From Acholeplasmataceae bacterium (GTDB lineage: Bacteria > Bacillota_I > Bacilli_A > ML615J-28 > CAG-313), in the NCBI GenBank assembly GCA_012838545.1, contig DUPC01000006.1, forward strand, positions 7,903-71,902: DNA of 64,000 bases, read 5' to 3'. Below are positions 49,597 through 58,829 of the stretch, piece by piece (within the stretch, counting starts at the first letter, position 1; each line of letters opens with the position of its first letter). A model generated the notes under the pieces. The model searched no databases. It saw only the letters and a program-made list of their open reading frames with translations, and was not told the origin of the DNA. The position numbers and the translations under genes were made by a program.

Positions 49597-51906
49597 TTAT
49601 TTAATCATTTTCAAGATATCGGCCAAAACCCACAAAAATTTGCCTGTGGTATGGCCCCACACTTCCTTGTACACCGCATTATTCCCCACCGGCCAATACG
49701 GTTCATCGCTTTCTTCTTTGGTTTTGATTCCAACCGGAAGCGCTCCGATTAGTTGTCTGGAAAAAGCCACGTATAACGGATGATAATTTTCTCCTTCGCC
49801 GTACATGGTAGAAGAAGCAAAAGGGTTTTTGCCGAGCAGCCATTCAATTTGGGCGATTGCCATTTGCCTTAAATGAAAATCATTTAAGTACCAAGCGATG
49901 AATGATAAAGCTTTGGCTTTGCTTAAGAGCGTGGCATGAAAGCCCCGTCTCGATATGGCAATCGGAAATCTCCTCAAGTAAACGCCTTCGCCGATTTTGA
50001 TTCCCGCTTCGATTTGGCTATTTAGATATTCTTCTAAATTATCCTGGTTAAAGTTGGCGGGAACGGTAAAGCGAAGCGGATTGATTTTGCCTTTTATATA
50101 TATGTGTGCTGGCAACATTCCGTAAGGTTCGGTGGAAAAAGCTGTGGTTTCCAAGTACTCTTTATAAAGCAAAACCGCTTTCTCCCATTTTTCCCTTTTA
50201 GGATGATCTGGGGCGACAGTCAACAATTTAACCAAACCCTGAATAGGCGTTTGTTCGTGGCCGCGATGTTCATAGGTTAACAAAAATCTTTTGTCTGGGT
50301 CTTCATAAAAGAAACCGCGGATTGGGTACTCCCAGTCAGGGGTGATTTCTTGTTCCTGGCAAGCGATTACGGTTTCCGCCATTTGGCTGGCAATATCCAA
50401 ATAGGCTTGGTCTTGGGTCAATTGGTAGAGAAGACTTGAACTAAGAGTAGCCTCCCCGCAAATTTGCGCTTTCGGCATAATTCCCCACCGTTTCGTGTGA
50501 TAGCCTTTTTGATAACCTTCCAGCGCCAAAGCAAAGTCTTCAATAGCGATACGCTTGCACCATGCAAAAAACATATCGTCAATTTCTTTAAATATAAGAG
50601 AAGCTGAAGCAAGGGCACTGGAAGAAAGGAAGTTTTCATATGCCCCGTTTTCTGCCACACTCCTAACATTTCTTTTTTGATTTAAATTAATGACCTCTTT
50701 GTTGGGCACGACATTAGGTTGCCAAATCGAATATTCGACCGCTAAAGCCCGAAAGCCGTCGCCAAAGCGCGTTCTCAACAACCAATTGATTCCGTAGCGG
50801 GCTTCCTGCAAAATGCTTTTGGTTAAGAAATTATTTTTATCTTTTAAAGCATCCGCCAAATCGATTAAAGCATGGGCAATTTCCGCCGTGCATATTTCAA
50901 ATTGCGATACGTCCCCTGCATCATGCCAACCGCCAAAATTCGGTACTATTCGGCCATCTGGGTGGGTTGTGTAACTGTTTAAATGACAAGGGCTGTGAAC
51001 GCCAGGAATATCGTCACCACAACGCAAAGCATTTAAAAAGGCGAGGCTTTTTTCGATGCTTGATTGAAATGGATTGTCATTGATGGGAAAAAGAGTTGTT
51101 TTTAGCTTGCCGACCTCCAAATAATACAATCCTTCAGCGGTAATGGCAGAAAAATCCAAAACTTGAAAATCCCCCAGCGTGGTGGAAATTGCTTGAACCA
51201 TTCCTGGGAAAACAACTTCGTTTTTAGCGGTTTTTAAGTAAAAGAACGAAGCCTCAACATTTTGCACAAGGGCGTATTTTTTTGCGTTTTTCCAGTAACC
51301 AATATGGGAATAAGCGATTTTGTTGTCAAGCGACCAACCGTGAACATAATCCGGTTCTACTTGTTCCAAAACAATATCCCCCACCATAAATTCAACATGG
51401 GGAAGCGCTTCGTCAGGAACACCCATGTGAAAAAAGGCTATCCCGATTAAATCGACTAGGGAAAACTCTGAGTCAAATTCAAAAAGCACTCTATTCCACT
51501 TATTGGAAATTAAACTTTCGGTATGGGTAAACGTTTCGCCTTGATAATTTTTCAGAAAGTAATGGGAATAAAAATTGACAAATCCTTCCGCTTTGGGGTA
51601 TATCCAAAACGAAATCCGGTTATAGGAACGCCAATCGGTTTGATGAGGTTTTATATGCAACGACTCCACGGGACGGGGACGAAAGTCTTCAATAAAAATA
51701 TTGGTTGCAATTTTCCCATAGACTTCTTTTCCGTCCATAGTATCATTTATAAAACCAAATTCCCCATATCCTTGGTATTTTGAGTTGGTGCGTGTTTTAT
51801 CATCCCAAAGGCTTTCTTTTTTAAGAACCGGTTTATTCAGCCAACGCTGTCTTGCCCCCAAAGCATCTTCGTCAAAGTTTGCATAATTTGGCATATCTAA
51901 CTTCAT
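49597..51906 (-). CDS. glycoside hydrolase family 9 protein, no signal peptide (cytoplasmic), with about 270-aa N-terminal extension
   Basis: 769 aa; GH9 signature NFGGWHDAGD and downstream catalytic Asp/Glu regions; no N-terminal signal sequence. Confidence 0.8.
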   Translation of the reverse strand: MKLDMPNYANFDEDALGARQRWLNKPVLKKESLWDDKTRTNSKYQGYGEFGFINDTMDGKEVYGKIATNIFIEDFRPRPVESLHIKPHQTDWRSYNRISFWIYPKAEGFVNFYSHYFLKNYQGETFTHTESLISNKWNRVLFEFDSEFSLVDLIGIAFFHMGVPDEALPHVEFMVGDIVLEQVEPDYVHGWSLDNKIAYSHIGYWKNAKKYALVQNVEASFFYLKTAKNEVVFPGMVQAISTTLGDFQVLDFSAITAEGLYYLEVGKLKTTLFPINDNPFQSSIEKSLAFLNALRCGDDIPGVHSPCHLNSYTTHPDGRIVPNFGGWHDAGDVSQFEICTAEIAHALIDLADALKDKNNFLTKSILQEARYGINWLLRTRFGDGFRALAVEYSIWQPNVVPNKEVINLNQKRNVRSVAENGAYENFLSSSALASASLIFKEIDDMFFAWCKRIAIEDFALALEGYQKGYHTKRWGIMPKAQICGEATLSSSLLYQLTQDQAYLDIASQMAETVIACQEQEITPDWEYPIRGFFYEDPDKRFLLTYEHRGHEQTPIQGLVKLLTVAPDHPKREKWEKAVLLYKEYLETTAFSTEPYGMLPAHIYIKGKINPLRFTVPANFNQDNLEEYLNSQIEAGIKIGEGVYLRRFPIAISRRGFHATLLSKAKALSFIAWYLNDFHLRQMAIAQIEWLLGKNPFASSTMYGEGENYHPLYVAFSRQLIGALPVGIKTKEESDEPYWPVGNNAVYKEVWGHTTGKFLWVLADILKMIK

Positions 51907-51929
51907 TTTTAATTCCTTTCTCTTTCGTT

Positions 51930-52829
51930 TTATTTTGCTTTCTTAAGGGCTTCTTGAATATTTCCGTTGGCGTCGGTTAACAACTTAATAGCGCTGTCTT
52001 TATCAAGGTTTCCTTTAAGCATCAGGATGGAAACTTTTACGTCCTGGGTTTTGGAAAAAACTGTTTTTGCTTCCTCAAAACTAACCTGGGTTGCTTCCCC
52101 AATAATATTTATTGCCCGGTTGATAAGTTTTTGGTTGGTTGGTTTGACATCGACCATCAAGTTTTGATAAACTTTTCCCAGTTTTATCATTACCGAAGTG
52201 CTTATCATATTTAAGATCAGCTTTTGCGCGGTTCCCACTTTCATTCGGGTGGAACCGGTGATGACTTCGGGACCGGTTTCGCAAACAACCACAACGTCGC
52301 AATTTGCTTCCAGTTCTGGGTTGGGGTTGTTGATAATCGCGATTGTTTTGGCTTGTCTTGTTTTCGCTTCGTCAAGCGCGCCTAAAACAAAAGGGGTAAG
52401 GCCGCTAGCGGAAAGTCCCACAACTACATCGAATTCGTTAATCTCATTTTCGCAAATTGCGAGTTTCCCCTCAACGAAAGCATCTTCGTTTTCTTCCACC
52501 GCCCCCAGTAAAGCTTTCTGTCCGCCTGCAATCACTCCCCGCACTGTTTTTGACGGTACCCCAAAAGTAGGCGGGCATTCAAAAGCATCCAGAAGTCCCA
52601 ACCTCCCGGAAGTTCCTGCCCCTACATAGATTAAAGAACCTCCCCTTTTTAACTGTTGATAGATTAAATCAACTGCTTTCGCAAGGGATTCTAAGTTATC
52701 GCGAATGATTAACGGTACGGTCAAGTCTTCCTGATTAATCACCCTCAACATTTCCAAAGTCGACAGTTGGTCGATGTTCATCGATAAAGGATTCCGACCC
52801 TCGGTTTGCAACTTGTTAAATTTATTCAT
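51930..52829 (-). CDS. murQ: N-acetylmuramic acid 6-phosphate etherase
   Basis: About 299 aa from MNKFNKLQTEGRN...; SIS domain (IYVGAGTSGRLG). Confidence 0.85.
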   Translation of the reverse strand: MNKFNKLQTEGRNPLSMNIDQLSTLEMLRVINQEDLTVPLIIRDNLESLAKAVDLIYQQLKRGGSLIYVGAGTSGRLGLLDAFECPPTFGVPSKTVRGVIAGGQKALLGAVEENEDAFVEGKLAICENEINEFDVVVGLSASGLTPFVLGALDEAKTRQAKTIAIINNPNPELEANCDVVVVCETGPEVITGSTRMKVGTAQKLILNMISTSVMIKLGKVYQNLMVDVKPTNQKLINRAINIIGEATQVSFEEAKTVFSKTQDVKVSILMLKGNLDKDSAIKLLTDANGNIQEALKKAK

Positions 52830-53787
52830 CTTCGTTTTTCCTTTCCTTAAGCCACTTGGCATAGTCCTGATAAAGTTTTTGGGACAAAATCCTTTCCCCG
52901 GCCAACGCCCTACCTTCAGCAGAATTCATTAAACCAAGGTATTGATAAGCAAGGACCACATCGACGAAAGGGGACACCTGTTTCAATTGTTCCATAATGC
53001 GCGAAAATTCACCAGATAGTAAGGGGCTTTCATAGGTTTTGCCCTCGAAAGTAAAGAGTTCGATATCCGCCCATAAAGCGGGACCGTTTGCCTGGTCGTG
53101 TGCCCTTCTTAAATTAGCGTAAAATTTACTGATTTCTTTTGTCGTTGATTTTCTTACTCCCACTTCGTCTTGATAAGCGATATAATCGACCGAAAGGTTT
53201 TTTAGTTGTTCAACGAAAAAGGCATCGGTTTTGATTTTTCTGGTTCCATACGGTGCTATCAAAAGCTTTTTTGTTGCATCAAGTTTACGCAAATACTGAG
53301 CATATTTATTAACGTATTGCATAAAAGCGGAATCAAAATAAGGGTTAACCTCAGTTTCATCGGGCAAATACCAACCATAGAAACTGTCGAAACAGCTGTA
53401 CAATTCATACAATTCCCGGATGGCTTTAAAAGCGAGTTTGGTTACTTCGGGGTCAGTCATGTTTCGATAAGGATCTCGCCAATTTCCGTAAAAGCCTACG
53501 CTCAAAAAGACTTTGATTTTTCTTTTGCTGGCCTGATCCAAAAGAACTTCAATCAAATTGGGTGTTTGATGTTTGCTTCTTGGATATACTTCGGAGGGAA
53601 AATACGCTTCGTTATCCAAGGAGGTGGCCAAAAGCACGATGTATTCCATTTGTAAATCGGCGATTTCGTTTATTTTTTCGCGCCACTGTTGTTCGGTGAA
53701 GTTTAGCAAATCCTGATTATAATATTTGCCTTCTATCGAATTGTGATGTTCAAATTCGAACCATGTTCCGCTGATTTTTTTAATCAT
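52822..53787 (-). CDS. DUF4434 family protein (predicted glycoside-hydrolase-like TIM barrel)
   Basis: 321 aa; no signal peptide; first gene of an apparent DUF4434-murQ-GH9 operon. Family assignment comes from memory of DUF4434-like sequences and is of moderate certainty. Confidence 0.45.
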   Translation of the reverse strand: MIKKISGTWFEFEHHNSIEGKYYNQDLLNFTEQQWREKINEIADLQMEYIVLLATSLDNEAYFPSEVYPRSKHQTPNLIEVLLDQASKRKIKVFLSVGFYGNWRDPYRNMTDPEVTKLAFKAIRELYELYSCFDSFYGWYLPDETEVNPYFDSAFMQYVNKYAQYLRKLDATKKLLIAPYGTRKIKTDAFFVEQLKNLSVDYIAYQDEVGVRKSTTKEISKFYANLRRAHDQANGPALWADIELFTFEGKTYESPLLSGEFSRIMEQLKQVSPFVDVVLAYQYLGLMNSAEGRALAGERILSQKLYQDYAKWLKERKNEDE

Positions 53788-53860
53788 TTTTATCTACCTC
53801 ATTTAAATCCATTATACTTGGATTTTTCAAAAATTGCAATCAATTTTGTTTTCAAAATAA

Positions 53861-53890
53861 TTGACAACCCAAAAGCGGTTGAAGTATAAT
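53861..53890 (+). promoter_or_regulatory. putative promoter TTGACA-18-TATAAT for the FliB-like gene
   Basis: TTGACA at 53861-53866, TATAAT at 53885-53890. Confidence 0.45.
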
Positions 53891-53925
53891 TCTTTGAAAA
53901 AAAATTTGGGAGAGAAGCAAAAATT

Positions 53926-55079
53926 ATGACAAAGTCGACATATAAATATCAGGTTCCCAGTTATTATCCGGAGTTCGTATGCAAAGGCAAGGAATGCCGA
54001 AACAGTTGTTGCATCGGTTGGGACGTCACCATTTCGATGAACGAATACTACCATCTGCAAGAACTCGAATGTTCGGAAGATTTGAAAGCAAAAATAACGC
54101 AAAGTTTTGTTATCAACCCCTATCCTTCAAAAGAGTGTTTTGCGAAAGTGGCTAAAAACGAGCAGGGCGACTGTCCGCTTCACTTGGATAACGGTTACTG
54201 TCTGCTTCACTTTCAATTTGGCGAAAAGGCGCTACCAGCCATTTGCCAATACTTTCCCTAGAGCACCTAAAATGACAACAAGCTTTGAGTGCTGTTGTTC
54301 GAACAGTTGCGAGAAGGTTATTGAGTTATTGTTGAGTTCGCCGAAAGCCTTATCCTTTAGGGAACAAAAAATCACTTTCGATAAAATTATTCCCACCACT
54401 TATCATTTATCGCCCGAACAAAGAAAATGGTTGGAGAGGTTAAAAGATTTAAATTATTCAATTTTATTGAATCGCTCGCTTAACTTAAACAGTCGTTTGA
54501 TGGTATTAGGGGCTTTTTTCAAAGATATAACTGCCCAAAAGGCCCAAAAACAAATCAATTTACTTAACCAAATTTATAATCAATTAAACTTCGCCATCGC
54601 CTTTCCCTGACCCAGACTATGATTTGATTCTTGAGACCGGAACCAAATGGCTTAAAGAGTTTTGCAAAAAAAGCAAAGCCCTAGAAAGACTGGCTCCGAG
54701 CGTATTGAATAATTTGGCAAGCATTAGTGATGTAGCCATTTTAAGCGAGTTCAGGAGTCGCCTGTACGAGCAATTCAATGACTTTGATTGTTGGTTGGAA
54801 AAAATTATCCATAATCATTTTATTTTTAAAGATTTTCCGCTTAATAATCGTTTTGGCACATATGAAGATTACTTTTATGGTATTTTGGGTAGCTACTTTT
54901 TCGTCAAATTTGTCGTAACCTGTTATATGGCGGATAAAGTAGAAAAAAATGATTTAACGGATGTCTTTAGCTTGCTTTTCCGCTTAATCAATCATACCAA
55001 TTTTGAATTCAATGCTTTTGTATTGTTAAAACAAGCAGGGCTGAACTCTTTAAAAAAAATAAACAAACTATTGTTATAA
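53926..55079 (+). pseudogene. FliB/YkgJ-family (CxxCxxCC Fe-S/Zn, lysine-N-methylase-like) gene split into three frames by two +1 frameshifts
   Basis: Frame 1 (53926-54261) is a complete YkgJ-type domain ending ...CPLHLDNGYC...ICQYFP then TAG. Frame 2 continues as RAPKMTTSFECCCS... to 54610 (TGA). Frame 3 continues to 55079. Neither downstream piece has an RBS or ATG, and the total of about 384 aa fits full-length FliB-like proteins. Confidence 0.5.
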
Positions 55080-55118
55080 AAAAAAAGAACTTAAGAGATA
55101 AGTTCCTTTTCCTTTAAG

Positions 55119-56885
55119 TTAGCTATTCGACAAATCGACATCTTTGTCGTTGGCTGGAATTTGATAATCGTTGGCCAAAGTGTTGGTTATTAATTCATAG
55201 TTTAGTTTGAAGGTGCAATTGCCGCCAAATTCAGTACCTTGGTAAGGATTGGCATTATATGAGCCTTCAATTTCCATTTTGATGGATTTTAATTTATTAT
55301 TTTCTATTTCGACGATAAATTCACATCCCGTTATTTCCAATTCCCCTTTAATGTTATAAATTAAAAACTCATTTTCATTATTGACATCGATTCGAATGGC
55401 TTGATCGATGAAGCCCAATAAAGAAGTTACTCCCGTGGCATTTAAGCCAAGGGAATAAGTTTTAGCCGCGCCTTGGTTTTTCTCTTGGATTATCGAGATA
55501 TTTTTTTTGTTGAGCAAAGTTAAAGGAATAAAGAAATAGTAATTGTCGATTGCGTGATTGTCGTATCCTTCGATTTTGGTGTAGGTATTACTGAAGACGC
55601 CATCGATACAATCGTAAACATCCCCGTTTTGATAAGTGACGCGATATCTTTCATAATCCTCGATACCTAAGTTTTTATATAAATCGCTGTTTTTGTAGTC
55701 GCTATCTAGTTCGATGCGATTCCAAAAATAAACATCTTCGTTTGCTTCCACAACTCTCATCGTTCTTCCTTGAACGTGCGCATTGATGGCGTTTTTGTCA
55801 GGAAATTTAACCTCGGTTTTGACGTCATATGTATAACCGGAACGGTTTTCAGCTTGGTAAGCAGTCAAAAGAGTATTGATTGAATTGGCTTTTTGAGTAA
55901 TTTCGCTTTCGGTAATCGCGATTCCCGGAAAACTTGGCGGAACAATATTGACACCGGAGCCCACTTTTTTAAATATTAATTGATATTGTACCGATAAGGT
56001 TCCGGCAACTATTCCTATCGAAAAGGAATAATTGAACGATTTTATTAAGCCGTTTTCCATTGTTACAACAATCTGGAGATCAGAATCCAAATTTGGCAAA
56101 TCGATGAAGGCTGCTAACAAGGGGCTATCCAAAGCCTGTAGAAGCGATTTGATAAAATTGGAAGAACCTCCCACATATTTTATTTCAAAGCTGCCATCGC
56201 TCTTTTTGGTTACCGATTCAATTTGACTGGCGTCGTAATTGAACAAAACCTTAGCATAAATGCTTGATTCATACTTAAAGTTTGAATCAACCGCTTCTTT
56301 TTCATAACTAAAGAGGGTGCCTTTGGAGTTTACTTTGAAAGTGGCCAGTTCATTGTTGGTTTTAATGATGTGAATTGTATTGTTGGGAAGTAACAAACCG
56401 CTTGTATTTTCGTTTTTATAATAGGAATGTTGAGCGCTTTGGTTGTATTTGACATTGCCTTCAATATTGGCGCTTGGACCGTCGATTGTGCCGTAGGCCA
56501 AATCCAGGGCAAGCGTGAAGTCATATTCAAACCCAGAGGCATTGACGGTATTGTCCCTCGCATTCAAAAAGTAGGTTTTGTTGTCAATCCATTCGGCAAA
56601 AACTTTTAGGTCGCTGTTCAAGGTAAGCGGCCAGGCAACTGATTCCGTAAGTTCGGAATTTAAGTACCATCCTAAAAAGATGTGATTATTGCGATAAGGA
56701 TCCGCCGGTTTGGCGACGCTTGTGCCTTCATCGCGGGTAATAGTAGATACGGCTGAACCACCGTTTGATTCAAAAACGATATTGTATTTTTGGGGTTCCT
56801 CTTCCTTTCCCCCACACGATGCTAAAGCAATACAGAAAATAAGGGTTAATAATAGTAATAAGGGTTTCTTCATATTTTCCTCCAA
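55119..56885 (-). CDS. lipoprotein with N-terminal Listeria-Bacteroides (Flg_new/InlB B-repeat) domain
   Basis: 588 aa; lipobox LASC; YNIVFESNGGSAV...HIFLGWYLNSELTE...VFAEW matches the Flg_new repeat; the remaining roughly 500 aa are uncharacterised. Confidence 0.5.
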   Translation of the reverse strand: MEENMKKPLLLLLTLIFCIALASCGGKEEEPQKYNIVFESNGGSAVSTITRDEGTSVAKPADPYRNNHIFLGWYLNSELTESVAWPLTLNSDLKVFAEWIDNKTYFLNARDNTVNASGFEYDFTLALDLAYGTIDGPSANIEGNVKYNQSAQHSYYKNENTSGLLLPNNTIHIIKTNNELATFKVNSKGTLFSYEKEAVDSNFKYESSIYAKVLFNYDASQIESVTKKSDGSFEIKYVGGSSNFIKSLLQALDSPLLAAFIDLPNLDSDLQIVVTMENGLIKSFNYSFSIGIVAGTLSVQYQLIFKKVGSGVNIVPPSFPGIAITESEITQKANSINTLLTAYQAENRSGYTYDVKTEVKFPDKNAINAHVQGRTMRVVEANEDVYFWNRIELDSDYKNSDLYKNLGIEDYERYRVTYQNGDVYDCIDGVFSNTYTKIEGYDNHAIDNYYFFIPLTLLNKKNISIIQEKNQGAAKTYSLGLNATGVTSLLGFIDQAIRIDVNNENEFLIYNIKGELEITGCEFIVEIENNKLKSIKMEIEGSYNANPYQGTEFGGNCTFKLNYELITNTLANDYQIPANDKDVDLSNS

Positions 56886-57384
56886 TCTTTTTTGATAACA
56901 TTATTATAACCCTGATGATAATTTTTGGCACTTAATTCCTTACTAAACCTTGTAGAAAAAAGGAAATTTATAGTAAACAATTTGTTGAGTGAAGCTATAC
57001 CTATTATTTTGAGATGTAAAGACCAATTATTTTTCAAAATATTGTTTTTTTCCTTGGCGGGTTTGATAAGACCCAATGAAATGGACCAGATCAAACTACA
57101 AAAATAAAAATTCCCGATTAAATATTCCCATAACCAAAAATAAGGATAAAAAGCAAATTGAGTCTTAAAAACCCCCCAATATTATAAAAGACGATTGGAA
57201 AAAATCTAGAAACAAACCTGCTTTATGGTGGAAAAAGTTAATTTCTTTAACGGAAGAAAAGAAAATTTACTTGAAAAAATCCTTTTTTTGACTAGGGCAC
57301 TACTAATTAATGGATCCTTTTTTTAATGATTATTTCGGATTTCTTTTTGTTTATGATATAATTTTGTTAAAGGGGGCGAAAAAA

Positions 57385-58143
57385 ATGGGAAAAATCGAAC
57401 GCTTTAAGATAGAAATATTTGACGAACTCAGGACTATTCGCATTTATCTGCCCAAAGATTTAACCAAACTTTATCCCGTGCTTTTCATGCATGACGGCCA
57501 TAATTTGTTTGACATTGAGGATAGCTACGGAAAAGCCCTTTGGAATATTCAAGAAACCATGGATTTAATTGAAAAGAAATACCAAAAAAACCTGATAGTG
57601 GTGGGTATCGATTGCCACCCCAAAAAGCGTTTTTCCGAATATTCGCCATGGCGAAAGGAAAAAAATGCCTTGGTCAAGGACGATTTAGGGGGGATGGGCG
57701 AGCAATACCTAAAATGGATTGTTACAACTTTGAAACCCCTGATTGACCAACGCTATCCGACCATTCCAGAAGAAACCTATATGGCAGGTTCATCGATGGG
57801 GGGATTGATTAGTATGTATGCAGGGTATCGGTTTCCTCAGACCTTTAAAGCCATCGGTTGTTTTTCCTCGGCTTTTTGGTTTGCGCGAGACGAAGTCTTT
57901 TCCTATGTAAAAACCAATCATGTTCCACACCTCAGGGTTTATTTAGACGTTGGAAAAAAAGAAACCGATTCTCTGATTTACCGTTTAAGGTATTTGAACG
58001 ACACTAAACAAATGGGAAAATTATTGCGTAAACTCGGGACAACCGACTTGAAAGTAATTATCGATAAACAGGGCATTCACCATGAAACTGCTTGGGCCAA
58101 ACGGTTTCCGCTTTTTTTGAAATGGCTGTTGGAAATTGAATAA
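57385..58143 (+). CDS. alpha/beta-hydrolase esterase (PF00756 putative-esterase family)
   Basis: 252 aa from ATG 57385; nucleophile elbow GSSMGG and ...YPVLFMHDG... typical of esterase D/enterochelin-esterase-like proteins. Confidence 0.7.
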   Translation: MGKIERFKIEIFDELRTIRIYLPKDLTKLYPVLFMHDGHNLFDIEDSYGKALWNIQETMDLIEKKYQKNLIVVGIDCHPKKRFSEYSPWRKEKNALVKDDLGGMGEQYLKWIVTTLKPLIDQRYPTIPEETYMAGSSMGGLISMYAGYRFPQTFKAIGCFSSAFWFARDEVFSYVKTNHVPHLRVYLDVGKKETDSLIYRLRYLNDTKQMGKLLRKLGTTDLKVIIDKQGIHHETAWAKRFPLFLKWLLEIE

Positions 58144-58152
58144 AATAGCAAA

Positions 58153-58181
58153 AACACCGTTAATGATTTCGGTGTTTTTTG
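58153..58181 (+). terminator. rho-independent terminator after the esterase gene
   Basis: AACACCG-ttaatgattt-CGGTGTT followed by TTTTT. Confidence 0.75.
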
Positions 58182-58222
58182 TCTATTTATCAGGGGTTTT
58201 TTTCCCGCTTTTATGGTTGTGC

Positions 58223-58251
58223 TTGACAATTAGTGGGTATGGTGTTATAAT
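58223..58251 (+). promoter_or_regulatory. consensus sigma-A promoter (TTGACA-17-TATAAT) for the DUF2284-RACo-PocR/AraC operon
   Basis: TTGACA at 58223-58228, TATAAT at 58246-58251, followed by RBS GGAGG and ATG 58308. Confidence 0.55.
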
Positions 58252-58307
58252 TTTTTTAAAGTCTTTGATGAAAAAGTCGCTTAATAATTTTTGAAGGAGG
58301 TGCTATC

Positions 58308-58829
58308 ATGCAAGCCATAATTGAACAATTTTTGCAAGAACAATTCAATCAATTTTCCCCAATTGACGTAAAAGACCTCACTTTTTCTTGGGAAATGCAT
58401 AAGTATTGCGAAAGAAATGCTTGTGGGAAATACAATACTAATTGGATGTGCCCTCCGGGAATCGGCGACTTAAAGCCGCTTATTTCGAGATATAAGTCCT
58501 TCCAAAAAGGCTATTTGTTTAACTTGGTTATCCCTTTATCGGACGCTTTTAATTACGAAGAAATGGAACAAGGCCGAAAAGTCATGGAAGCCAAACTGAA
58601 AACACTGCGTAAAACACTAAAAACACTACCTTTTGCCATCATCGGGGTGGGGAGTTGCAGTATCTGTCCAAGCTGTACTTACCCAGATAATCCTTGCAGG
58701 AAGCCTGAAGAAGCAACTCCCTCGATGGAAGCGGTAGGAATTGATGTTTACCAATTGGCCTCCAAGGCCGGGCTTAAATATTACCACGGTCCAAGTACCG
58801 TAACTTATTTTGCGATGGTGTTGTTATGA
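58308..58829 (+). CDS. DUF2284 family Cys-rich metal-binding protein
   Basis: 173 aa; CERNACGKYNTNWMCPP and CSICPSC...PCR Cys clusters; ATGA overlap with the downstream RACo gene. Confidence 0.55.
   Translation: MQAIIEQFLQEQFNQFSPIDVKDLTFSWEMHKYCERNACGKYNTNWMCPPGIGDLKPLISRYKSFQKGYLFNLVIPLSDAFNYEEMEQGRKVMEAKLKTLRKTLKTLPFAIIGVGSCSICPSCTYPDNPCRKPEEATPSMEAVGIDVYQLASKAGLKYYHGPSTVTYFAMVLL

Noticed and set aside
58144-58307. Cobalamin riboswitch upstream of the corrinoid methyltransferase cluster.
   Set aside because: The leader is only about 55 nt downstream of the promoter. It lacks the conserved B12-box (GCCACTG) and the characteristic long structured aptamer.
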